A DNA stretch of 63,847 bases, the filler included, from Reticulomyxa filosa (lineage: Eukaryota; Protista; Foraminifera), in the NCBI GenBank assembly GCA_000512085.1. It is 17 parts of 17 records of this genome, joined end to end, with 100 filler letters (N's around TTAATTAATTAA, not from the genome) between each part and the next. Parts side by side here need not be neighbours in the genome. Positions count along the whole stretch, not along the records: positions 48,439 to 53,827 come from ASPP01039342.1; positions 53,928 to 55,256 come from ASPP01013747.1; positions 55,357 to 63,847 come from ASPP01005602.1; 14 more parts are not named here. One strand, 5' to 3'. Numbering within the stretch: the stretch's first letter is position 1; each line of letters starts with the position of its first letter. The translations under genes were made by a program, and so were the position numbers. Of the stretch, positions 51,108-61,700 are shown one piece after another. The notes under the pieces were generated by a model, which saw only the letters and a list, made by a program, of their open reading frames with translations, was not told the origin of the DNA and ran no database searches.

Positions 51108-52591
51108 TACTTAAGTACTTTTCTTTGGCTTGTTCAAACAATTACACAAAAAAGAATTTTTTTTTTTTTTTCAGTTTCCCTTTAAACTACATTATTCCAT
51201 TATCAATTGATAAAATTTCTATGTCCAAGTATTACAAAATAGTATTTGTAACAGCTAAAAAACAAACTTTACTAATTATAATTCATCATACAAACATATT
51301 CACAAAAGACTGAAGAAAAAAATTGTAATTAATGAATTTTTGATAACATTAAATTTTTCCATGTTGTTTCGTCTAAAATGTAAAAATATTTTTAAAATTG
51401 CAACTTTATTATGAGCTACACATTACGTTTTACTGAGTAGAAAAAGTGCTCTTTTTTCTTTTTTTTGTTGTATGTCTTGTTACAGTTTTTATTTGTTGTG
51501 TTATTATACATCTTCCACATACACGTTTCGTATGTCTTTTTAAAATATTTTTTCGACTTAAAAGAAAGTCTGTTTTTGTGTTTACACAGACTTCCACTTT
51601 GAAAAAAAAATAAATTTTAATTTTTGATGTTTTGCATCCGCCAGCAAAAAAATAAATAAATAAATGGATAATGACACAATCTCCAAAAGGAGGCAAATAT
51701 GTTTGTATATGCTTATATGTATATTATTTTTTGAAATATACTAAGCTATTTATGTGTTTTATATTATAGCCTTAACCAATCTGAAAAAAAAATAAATTTA
51801 AATCAACTATGAAGAAAAAAGTCTGGTGTTGAAGTCCAATCTGCATTGAAATAAAAAGACAAAGGGTTTGTATGTGTGTTTGGTTTTTATGTTTTTATTT
51901 CCTTATAAAATGTAGTTTTGTTTATTTGTGTCTTTGTTAATATGCATGCCCCCATCAATAAAAAATTTTATTTTGTCTCCACTATGTATAAAAAAAATAT
52001 TATTTTCTTGGTTGACTTGAACTCCAAAGCAGAAAAAAATAGAAAATTGGAAATTTGATCTTATTTACACTAGCAAAGGTATATTTTTTTAAGATTGTGT
52101 TGGAGAATGATAGTGATATTTGAAATGTAATAATAATGGAAAAAAATATTTGATAAAATTTTTTATTTAAGAATAAAATAAAAGAAAGTAAAAGATTAAA
52201 AATAAGAAAAAGAAAAGATTATTTAATATTTTTTTTGTTTGGAATCAAAGCTCAACTTAAAAAAAATAATATGACGCTGGATCTTTGCTGAATTCAGTTA
52301 AATTGTATAAAAAATATACTTTGTTTTTAAAAACTAAAAAGTATACTTACACAATATTATATAAGTCAAATTTCAACTTTGGTGAGAAGAAAATAGAAGC
52401 GCGCTCTATATGTAGTGAACGTTGAGTAGAATACTTGGAATTATGTTTGTACAATGTTAATGTTATTCGCTATGAAACTTTGGATTGTGATCTAGTAATT
52501 ACTTTATATCGTTATCGTCGTCTTAATGAATGTCGTCGTTTCGTGGTAGATGTTTCTGTATTAATGTTGGACCGTGCTGTTGTAAATATAA

Positions 52592-52775
52592 TTGGAATAC
52601 ATAATTATATACAATGTTCATTAGTATCTTCTTTTAAAGTCATATTTTGAAAATTTCCTGTGTTAATAATGTATTATTTATTTCATTATCTATTTTAATA
52701 TTACCATATAGTGTTTCCATTCTAATAACTATTTAATAAATATGGACTTCTTTATTATGTGTTCCACAATGATCT
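52592..52775 (-). pseudogene. Degraded partial copy of MEMO1 exon 2
   Basis: Aligns by eye with 50567-50756 in the same orientation, with substitutions and small deletions. Confidence 0.8.
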
Positions 52776-52984
52776 CAAGAAAATGATCTATAAATTAATA
52801 GCAAAAATTATAAATTAAGTAAATTTTCGCCAATTTCAAACGAAAATTGATTAATTAAGCAGTAAATTTATGTCTACAAATGGTTATACTGTTTTTTTTT
52901 TAATCAATTTTTTGTTCTTACCATTGACAAACTTAAAAAAAAGCGTTTTTTATTTTGCAAATCCCCCTTCGAAACTCTCTAATT

Positions 52985-53719
52985 ATGGATAGTGTGTTGT
53001 CAAATGAGCACATCCTGGCACAATTCAAGCAATTTACAAATGTGTTGAATGATGAAGTCGCATTAGAGTATTTGATACGAAATGACTGGAACTGCGAAGC
53101 TGCAATAGCAATGTGGTACGATAACCCAAATATGTTTAACGAATCTGCAGGACAGCCAGGTCATCTAAGCCCGAGCAGGAACAGACCAAGAAGAGAGTCG
53201 ATAGGTGAGCGTATAGGGAAGATGTTTCCAGGGATTCCAGGATGGAGACAATTGCGCAAAGTCTTTGATTATAGTTATAGTAGCATAGCGTTAATGTTGT
53301 ATCCATTGACACGGCTGCTAGGTATCCTCAGTAGTCTCATGAGTTATATCCTTTGGCAACTGGGGATAAGTTTAAATGGCAAAGCAAACGGAGCAAAGCG
53401 TGGTAGTATTAACACGTACCACACATGCTACGAAGAGTTTTTAGCACGATATGGAGACGGTTTTGCATTTGTATTTCAAGACTGCACCTTTCGTCAGGTC
53501 GTTTCCCTGGCACAACAGACACAAAGCTGTCTCATGCTTTACTTTCATACTCATAGTGATGCCACCTCATCGCCTAACCAACATGCCAGCCTGCGACCCT
53601 GTGATACCTTCGTCAGGAACATTCTCTCGGACCAAGAGGTCAGGGCTTTTATCACGCATAACTTCATTCCATGGTTGGCTGACTTTAGATGTGTCGAAGC
53701 TGCTCAATTGTTTCGACAA
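52985..53719 (+). CDS. FAF2/UBXD8/PUX10-like protein, first exon (UBA-like, hydrophobic hairpin, UAS domain)
   Basis: LAQFKQFTN...ALEYLIRNDWNCEAAI; FLARYG...FQDCTFRQVVSLAQ...LMLYFH; FVRNILSDQEVRAFITHNFIPW. The UBX domain would lie beyond the contig end. Confidence 0.78.
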
Positions 53720-53787
53720 GTTTGATTGATATTCTTTTTGTTGTTGTTGTTGATTATTTTCTCACTCTTCCCTTCTCCTCTCCTCTC

Positions 53788-53827
<40 letters not shown>

Positions 53828-53927
53828 NNNNNNNNNNNNNNNNNNNNNNNNNNNNNNNNNNNNNNNNNNNNTTAATTAATTAANNNNNNNNNNNNNNNNN
53901 NNNNNNNNNNNNNNNNNNNNNNNNNNN

Positions 53928-54052
53928 AAATCGGAAAATTCGGCACGCGAGGCCTTGAAACCTACGGTGCTGGCGTTGGACACGTTGTTACCGATAACGT
54001 CCAGTTGTTTCGCTGCGGCGTTCAGACCACTCAGACCTTGCTGAAAACTCAT
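53928..54052 (-). CDS. flgE: Flagellar hook protein FlgE, N-terminus (bacterial)
   Basis: MSFQQGLSGLNAAAKQLDVIGNNVSNASTVGFKASRAEFSD, with an AGGAG ribosome-binding site upstream. Confidence 0.93.
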
Positions 54053-54080
54053 GATTCTCTCCTAACTTTCACACCGCAGA

Positions 54081-54761
54081 TTACAGAATCTGACTGATCT
54101 TGCTGACAGGCACACGCTCGCCAGACGAAATCACAAACATCGGCACACCTTTTTCCCATGCCACGCTGGTCACCTTGCTCGGCGCCATCATGGTGGCACC
54201 CACTGCCGTATTCCCGTCGGCTACCGCCTCCACCTTGAAGGTGTAGTCGCCATTGGGCAGGGTCTTGCCATCGGCACCTTTGCCATCCCAGTTGAAGACA
54301 AACTGACCGGCTTTTTGCGCGCCCATCTCGAAGGTATCCACCACTGCACCGTTGCTATTGGTGACGGTTACCGTTACCTGGGTAGCCGCCTTGGCGAATT
54401 CGATGGTGCCCACCGCCTTGCCGTCAGTCATGGTCAAGGTGTTGTTAGGGCTGAGCACCTGACGGCCAATCAGCATCGTCGCCAGCAGCGACTGGCTGGC
54501 AGCCTGACTTTCGGTCATGGCCTTCACTGCCGCATTGACGCTTTCCAAACCGCTGACCGTGCTGATCTGCGCCATCTGACTGGTCATCTGGCTGTTATCC
54601 ATCGGGTTCATCGGGTCCTGCGCACGCAGCTGCGTGGTCAGCAGGGTGAGGAAACGGTTCTGGATTTCGGTCGCGGAATTGCCGGTAGCGGTCGTACTGG
54701 TCGACTGCGTCGGGTTCAGCGAACTGTAGTCAAAATTGGTGGAGGCAACACTGGTAGCCAT
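54081..54761 (-). CDS. flgD: Flagellar hook capping protein FlgD (bacterial)
   Basis: FLTLLTTQLRAQDPMNPMDNSQMTSQMAQISTVSG; FNWDGK...LPNGDYTFKVEA. Confidence 0.95.
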   Translation of the reverse strand: MATSVASTNFDYSSLNPTQSTSTTATGNSATEIQNRFLTLLTTQLRAQDPMNPMDNSQMTSQMAQISTVSGLESVNAAVKAMTESQAASQSLLATMLIGRQVLSPNNTLTMTDGKAVGTIEFAKAATQVTVTVTNSNGAVVDTFEMGAQKAGQFVFNWDGKGADGKTLPNGDYTFKVEAVADGNTAVGATMMAPSKVTSVAWEKGVPMFVISSGERVPVSKISQIL

Positions 54762-54778
54762 GACTTAACACTCCTGCC

Positions 54779-55189
54779 TTACTGACCCATCTGCAGGGTT
54801 TTCTGCAGCAGGGACTTAGCGGTATTCACGATTTCAACGTTGGTCTGGTAGGAACGCGAAGCCGAGATCATGTCGGCCATTTCCTCTACCGGGTTGACGT
54901 TGGGCATGCGCACATAGCCTTTATCATCAGCCAGCGGGTGACCCGGCTCGTACTTCATGCGGAACGGCGACGTATCTTCAGCTACCGCAGTCACCCGCAC
55001 ACCCGCCACTTGCGGCGCTTGCGCACTCACCGGCACCGCGGTAAACACGGCGTGGCGGGCACGGTACGGCTCACCGGTGGACGACGCCGTACTCTCGGCG
55101 TTGGCGATATTACTGGCCACCAGGTTCAGACGCATCGACTGCGCGGTCAGCGCCGAGCCGGCGATATTGAAAACATTAGACAGCGACAT
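54779..55189 (-). CDS. flgC: Flagellar basal-body rod protein FlgC (bacterial)
   Basis: IAGSALTAQSMRLNLVASNIANAES; YEPGHPLAD..GYVRMPNVNPVEEMADMISASRSYQTN. Confidence 0.96.
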   Translation of the reverse strand: MSLSNVFNIAGSALTAQSMRLNLVASNIANAESTASSTGEPYRARHAVFTAVPVSAQAPQVAGVRVTAVAEDTSPFRMKYEPGHPLADDKGYVRMPNVNPVEEMADMISASRSYQTNVEIVNTAKSLLQKTLQMGQ

Positions 55190-55191
55190 GA

Positions 55192-55256
55192 TTACTGACC
55201 TCCCTTGATGGCTTCCATCAAGCCACTGATGCGTTTATTCAGGAACGTCAGCGTGG
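55192..55256 (-). CDS. flgB: Flagellar rod protein FlgB, C-terminus (bacterial)
   Basis: TLTFLNKRISGLMEAIKGGQ-stop directly upstream of flgC, in canonical operon order. Confidence 0.85.
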
Positions 55257-55428
55257 NNNNNNNNNNNNNNNNNNNNNNNNNNNNNNNNNNNNNNNNNNNN
55301 TTAATTAATTAANNNNNNNNNNNNNNNNNNNNNNNNNNNNNNNNNNNNNNNNNNNNTTTTTTTTTTTTGTTGCTGTTCTTCTCCTTCCTTGACTTGCTTG
55401 CTTTGATGTTCTTTTTTTGCTGGTGAAG

Positions 55429-55734
55429 GTGTCATCAAATACATTGGGAAAGTGCATTTTGCGAAAGATGAGAAATATGGAGTTGAACTAGATGAGCCGA
55501 TCCCTAAAGGGAACGATGGAAGCGTTGACAGATACAAATACTTTGAGGCCAAGTTTGGATATGGCACATTTGTTACCAAAGCAATGATCGCCAAACGCTT
55601 GGAAAGCGCCAAACAAGATATGAGGCCCGTAATCTTCAAAGTTGGAGACTGTGTTATGCTTAAAGACAAAAAAATGGTTAAAAAAAATAGACAAAATTCT
55701 TTCAATGTTTGAAACAAACGACACAATAATAATG

Positions 55735-55773
<39 letters not shown>

Positions 55774-58700
55774 AACAATGTCAACGAGGGGACAGGTATT
55801 GTCCGGTATATTGGACAAACTAATATGGTCAATGCAATTTTGGTTGGACTGGAACTTACGGAAACAATTGAAAACGGAAGTGATGGAAAATTCGGAGGCA
55901 AGAGGTATCTTGTCGACTATTGTGTTCATCTTGTGAAGAAGGGGGGGGGGGGGGGGGAGGTGAATGCAAAACATTGATGGAAAAAAAATGACAACCTAAC
56001 AACACGACAGGTACTTTGACAGCAAAGCTGGACATGGATATTTGCACGTATTACCGATGTCACAACCATTGTCAAGACACGAGAGGAAATCGAAAAAGAA
56101 AACGAAAAGCAGCCCGAAACCATTCCGGACGACTTGGAAATAGAGGCCCCGTTGCAATATCAACAAAAAGTGAACGTTGGAGACCGAGTTACACTGACCG
56201 ACAATCGCATGGGGGTGGTGCGCTATGTGGGAAATACCGATTTCGCCGCCGACGAAATGTACGGAATTGAACTGGATGGCAAACTGTCCAATGGCCATGA
56301 CGGCGCGCAAGGCAACACAAGATATTTCACCACCGAAGCTGGACGTGGCGTGTTTGCTCGTAGAGCCAGTATCATTTCTATCGATTCTTTGAAGCCACCC
56401 CAAGCCGATCAAAACAGTGTCCTCCCCGAGGATGTGGACCCGTTGTCCCAATGGAATGATCAACAATTGAACGAAAATGACAAAATGGAAACCATTGGCG
56501 AGGAAGACGAAGATGAGGATGAAGAAGAGCCTGAGAACGTTCATCCTGAAGTTGATAGCTATGTGACATTAGATAATGGCCACAATGGAGTTAAGTTTTT
56601 ATTGTAGTCAGTACCAAATGGTATATACATTGATATGTGTGTGTGTATATGTGTATATGTGTATACATGTATATATGTGTATATGTATATATGCATATGT
56701 ACATATGTATACATATTTGTAATATTCCATGTTTGTTTTCTTCGTGCATTGGACTTTGTTTACGATATTATTATTAGATGGTACGATACATCGGAGTAAC
56801 CGACTTTAGCAAAGAGGAAGAAGTGTTTGGAATAGAGCTAGACCAGTGGGACGCAGCAGCAAACGACGGATCAAAAAATGGCAAGCGATATTTTAGTTGC
56901 AAAAATGGACGTGGCATGTTTGTGAAGCGAAGCAACATTATAAAAGTGTTGAAGATCCCAAAGAACTTGCGCCACTTGGACCTGAAAGAGCTGCTGAACG
57001 ACGAGCGCGACGTGAGGACCGGGAAGAAATTGGGACTGCAAGAACGTCTCAAAATGCTGGAAGAAAAAGAAAAAGAAGTTAAAAAAGAACAAGAATTGGA
57101 AAAAATGATTGAAAATCTGCAAGTCGGCGATCGTGTGGAATTGGATCGAGGACGAACAGGTGTTATTTTTATTTTTTAAAAATCCATCATTACTATTATA
57201 CATATATATATATATATGTATATACACCTTCAATTTCATAAGTGCATACAAAAACTTTGACTTTGTTGTCCAACAATGGAAAGGTATTGTTCGCTACGTT
57301 GGACCGATGGACGCATCGGGAGGCGGAGAAGCAATTGGCATTGAGTTGGACAAGTACTCTCAGCTTGCACACGACGGCAAGGGCAAGTTTGCGACGAAGC
57401 AGGGCTACGGTTTGTTTGTGCGTGCGAAAGACATCAAAAAGGTGTATCCACAGGTACCGGAAAATACGGAGGATGAAGACATTGACAATGGTCCACCATT
57501 GACGGGTGAAAACATTGTTGTGAACGTGTTGGACCGCATCCGTTTGCAAGGTGGACGCACTGGCGTGGTGCGTTACTTGGGGCCATTGGAAGGCATGGAG
57601 GACCCGAAGAAGCAATACATTGGAGTGGAGTTGGACGAGTGGGATCCGAATGGATCCACGGGCATGTTCCAAGGAATGCAATACTTTCGCGTCAATGCGA
57701 ACAAAGGAGCATTCGTTGACAGATCGCAAGTGGTGGAAAACCTGGGCAACTCAGTGTTAGTGAGCAAGAGTCTTTTGCCTCCGGAGCCTTATCGTGGCGA
57801 TTTGGCCAAAGGACAAATTGTGAAGACAAAGTATTATGGGGTGGGCACGATCATGTTTATCGGAGAGGTCGGTTTCAGCGAAGGAGAAGTGGTCGGATTG
57901 GACATGAAGCATTGGGGACCCAATGGAAGTGACGGCAGTATCAACAACAGAGAATACTTCCAATGCCAGCCTGGACATGGTTATTTTTGTTCTCGAAAAG
58001 ATATTGAGACTGTTGTGAGCGGAATCGAAGCGGAACGCATTGCCAATTTCAATGACAGCAAAAATAGTGACAAGTTTGTAGGATGGATCCAACCCAAAAA
58101 TTACTTGCGAAGAGTACCTGTGATCAAAGATCGCGTACGAGTATTTGACGGACAGACGGGAGTGGTTCAGTTTATCGGCAAAGTCGACTTTGCCGATGGC
58201 ACATGGATCGGCTTAGTTTTAGACGACTTTTCCCCAATGCCACGGATGGGACTGTGAAGAATAAAAACTACTTTCGAACCAAGCCCCAGCGAGGGTTCTT
58301 TGTTAAGCAAAAATACCTGATTGAACATCTGGGGTCCACCATCAACACCCCGCTCGATCGCATGTTGGGAATTAGCACCCGAAAGAGCGAAAATGTGCAA
58401 TTCCAAGTCGGCGATCGGATTCAATTGGCGGAAGGAGGGACCGGCGTGGTCAAATATGTCGGCGGTGATCCCAATGAAGAGAACGACACGGAGCCGATCA
58501 TTGGAGTGGAATTGGACCGATGGGATCCAAATGCAAACGATGGCAAGTTCAAAGGCAGACCCTTGTTCAACACCAAAATGGGCCGAGGCATGTTCACTCG
58601 ACGTCAATCGGTGTTGCAAGTGCTGCCCTCCAAAGCAAATGATTTGCCGCATTTGAAAGAGCTGCCCGACAAAGGCGATCGTGTTCGTCTGCGCTCCGGC

Positions 58701-61700
58701 GAAGAAGGCATCGTGCAAAAGATTGTGGACGATCTAACCACTTTCCCACCACAAAAAGAGATTCAAATTGCGTTTTTGGATTCATCCAATTCGGGTGTGC
58801 CCAACACCCGACTGGTGACTCTGGGCGAGCTCAGTGAGAATTTGGGTAAATACTACGACGAACGCTATGCCAGTTTGCAGAACAAGCAATTGAATATCAA
58901 AGTGGGCGATCACGTGCGACTGCTCCGTGGCAAGACAGGCATTATCAAATACATTGGACCCGTTGGCGAGGAGTCGGAGTTGATTGGCATCGAATTGGAT
59001 CTATGGAATCCCAGTGCTCACAATGGCAAGGGCGTGTTTCAGGCGGCCAATGGACGTGGCTTTTTCACAAAGCGATCAGCAATTGTGGAAATCATTGAAA
59101 AGCCCGAGGAAGCTGAGCAAGCGAAAATTCAGACTCAACGGTATCGACAAATGCGCTATCTTAAAAAAAAATTGTACAAAATCGAACAGTTGGAAAAAAA
59201 AAACGCCACGGCAAAGAACTCGATTCCGAACAACTCCAAAGTATTCAAATCAAACCATTGGTCCAAAGACAACTAAACGAGTTGAGAGAGGCGTTCAATC
59301 GAAGCTATCCCTCCGTGGAAATTGACGACATTGTCAAACGTGAATCCACCATCGAGTCCAAAGGCTCGGGCTTGCCTCTCGTCAATCCAAAACCAGAACT
59401 CAAGGAAGGAGACAAGGTCGTGCTGGACACTGGCGAAACTGGCAAGATCATATTCATTGGCTGGGTCAATTTTGATGAACGCGAAATGCTCGGCATTCTG
59501 CTGGACAACTGGTCGCCCAATGGACACGAGGGCACCGTGGACGGAGTGCAGTACTTTTCGGCTCCTGAAGGAAGGGGTCTCATGGTCCCGTTTGAGTCCG
59601 TCGTCGGCTTGTATGACGAAAGCAAACATCAACACAAACGAAAAAAACCAGACAACCAGCAGCGTCAATCGATGGAATTGGAGCCTGTCAAAGAAGAGGA
59701 AACCGAAGACATCGAAGACAAAGAAAACGAAGAAAAAATGTTGGAAGATATCCCAGAGTTGGAAGAAACGAGCGAAACCAAGGAAGTGTATGAGGATCTC
59801 CCGAAATTGGGTGAACGAATCGATTTAGGAGGTACTGTGATATATCTATCATTGCATTTTTTTTAAACTGAAGCACATGTACATACATATATACATATAT
59901 GTATATATGTATGTGTATATATGTATGTGTATATGATATACATATATGCATATACATATATGTATATGTATATGTATATAAATACAATTAAATCATTCAT
60001 ACGTACACAAACAACAATAGGAAAATCGGGAGTGGTAAAGTATATCGGAAAAACAGAGTTTAGTCAAGACGAACCCGTGGTCGGAGTCGAGCTGGACTAT
60101 TGGACAGCCAACGCGACCGACGGATCACTGTTTGGCAAGCGGTACTTTGATACGTTGCCGGGAAAAGGCTTTTTCATTCGCAAGACGTCATTTGCGTCAC
60201 TCAACGAAATGATAGGCGACAAAGAAAGGGAACACATCCTGCGCCAAAACTCGTTGGCCTTGGAAAACTTTGAGCTGAGGGCTTTGCCAGTATACTTTGA
60301 CGTTGGGGATCATGTGGTGACGAGCGAAGGCCAAAGCGGAATTGTAAAGTTTTTGGGACCTGCCAATTTTTCCTCCGGAGAAATGGTCGGCCTGGCATTG
60401 GACGAATGGGACCCGAATGGACACACAGGCACCGTTCGCAATGAAAAGTACTTTGAAGCCAAGGAAGGACATGGGTGGTTTGTGCGTGCGGACAAAATCA
60501 CAATGAAAATTGAGAATGAACAAGAATGGAAAATCAAAAAGCTTGAAATGGAAAGACGAAAAGCAAAAAAAAAGTCTCGCATGAAAATTGAACTTGGACA
60601 ACGTGTCCAAATTTCAGGAGGCCAACGTGGATCGGTCTTGTTTTATGCCAAGACCGACTTTGGAGGGAATGACAAGTGGGTTGGCTTGCAATTGGACGAT
60701 TGGTATTACAATGCCCATGACGGCACCGTCCGAGGAAAGTCGTACTTTGTCACCCACAAGGGCTATGGGTATTTTGTGAAACCCGAGTCTGTGACGATCA
60801 CATTGCGACGTGCGGAGGAAAAGAAGTCGGTCGAGTCGTTGTCCACAATGCCCGAAATTAATGATCGCGTTCGAACCATTCGAGGCAAAACTGGCGTTGT
60901 GCGCTATGTTGGAAAAGTTGATTTCGCAGAGGGAATACTTATTGGAGTCGAGTTGGATCGATGGAGTCCAAATGGCAATGACGGATCTGTGAAAAACCAT
61001 CTTTATTTCGAATGCACTCCAGGACGTGGCTACTTTACTCGTTTGGCACATTTGGTGGAGAACTTGGGCTCCACATTACCAACCTCATTGCAAAAGACGT
61101 CCAAAAAAGAATCCGAACATACCCCCAGAGACCCCCCGCCAGACTTCAAACTTGGAGACAAAGTGAAGCTGGCACATGGAAAGATTGGTGTTGTGAGATT
61201 CATTGGTACCACTGAAGACACGGGCACGGATGAAATTGTTGGCATTGAGTTTTGTGGCAAATCTTTTTTTTTTTTTTTTTTTTTTTGAATGGAGGGCGCC
61301 CCCTTTTCTTACATGACTTAATAAATACTTGGGAAATGAATAGATTGGATGGATGGGACGCAAATGCCAACGAAGGGGCCCTTGGAGGCAAACGATTGTT
61401 CGCCGCTGAAAAGGGACGAGGCTACTTTACTCGTCGAAGGTCAATCGCCAATATTGTGAGGACACATATCCGAGAAGGGGCGTACGCCAAATTGAAAGGG
61501 TTAGTGCAGTCGAGCAAGTTCAACGGCAAACTTGTGAAAATAATCGAATACGTGCCAAAGAAACAACGATGGAAAGTGAAACTGCACGGCAGCGGAAAGA
61601 AAAAAGACGGAAAGAAGAAATGCTTGGGTGTGAAAGAAGAAAACCTGACTCCAATCTTTGATTGGGAAGTGCCTCCGGACGCGGAATTGGACGAAAATCG

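Noticed and set aside
53928-55256. Horizontal transfer of flagellar genes, or a functional link to neighbouring genes
   Set aside because: It is a separate contig with no junction to host DNA.
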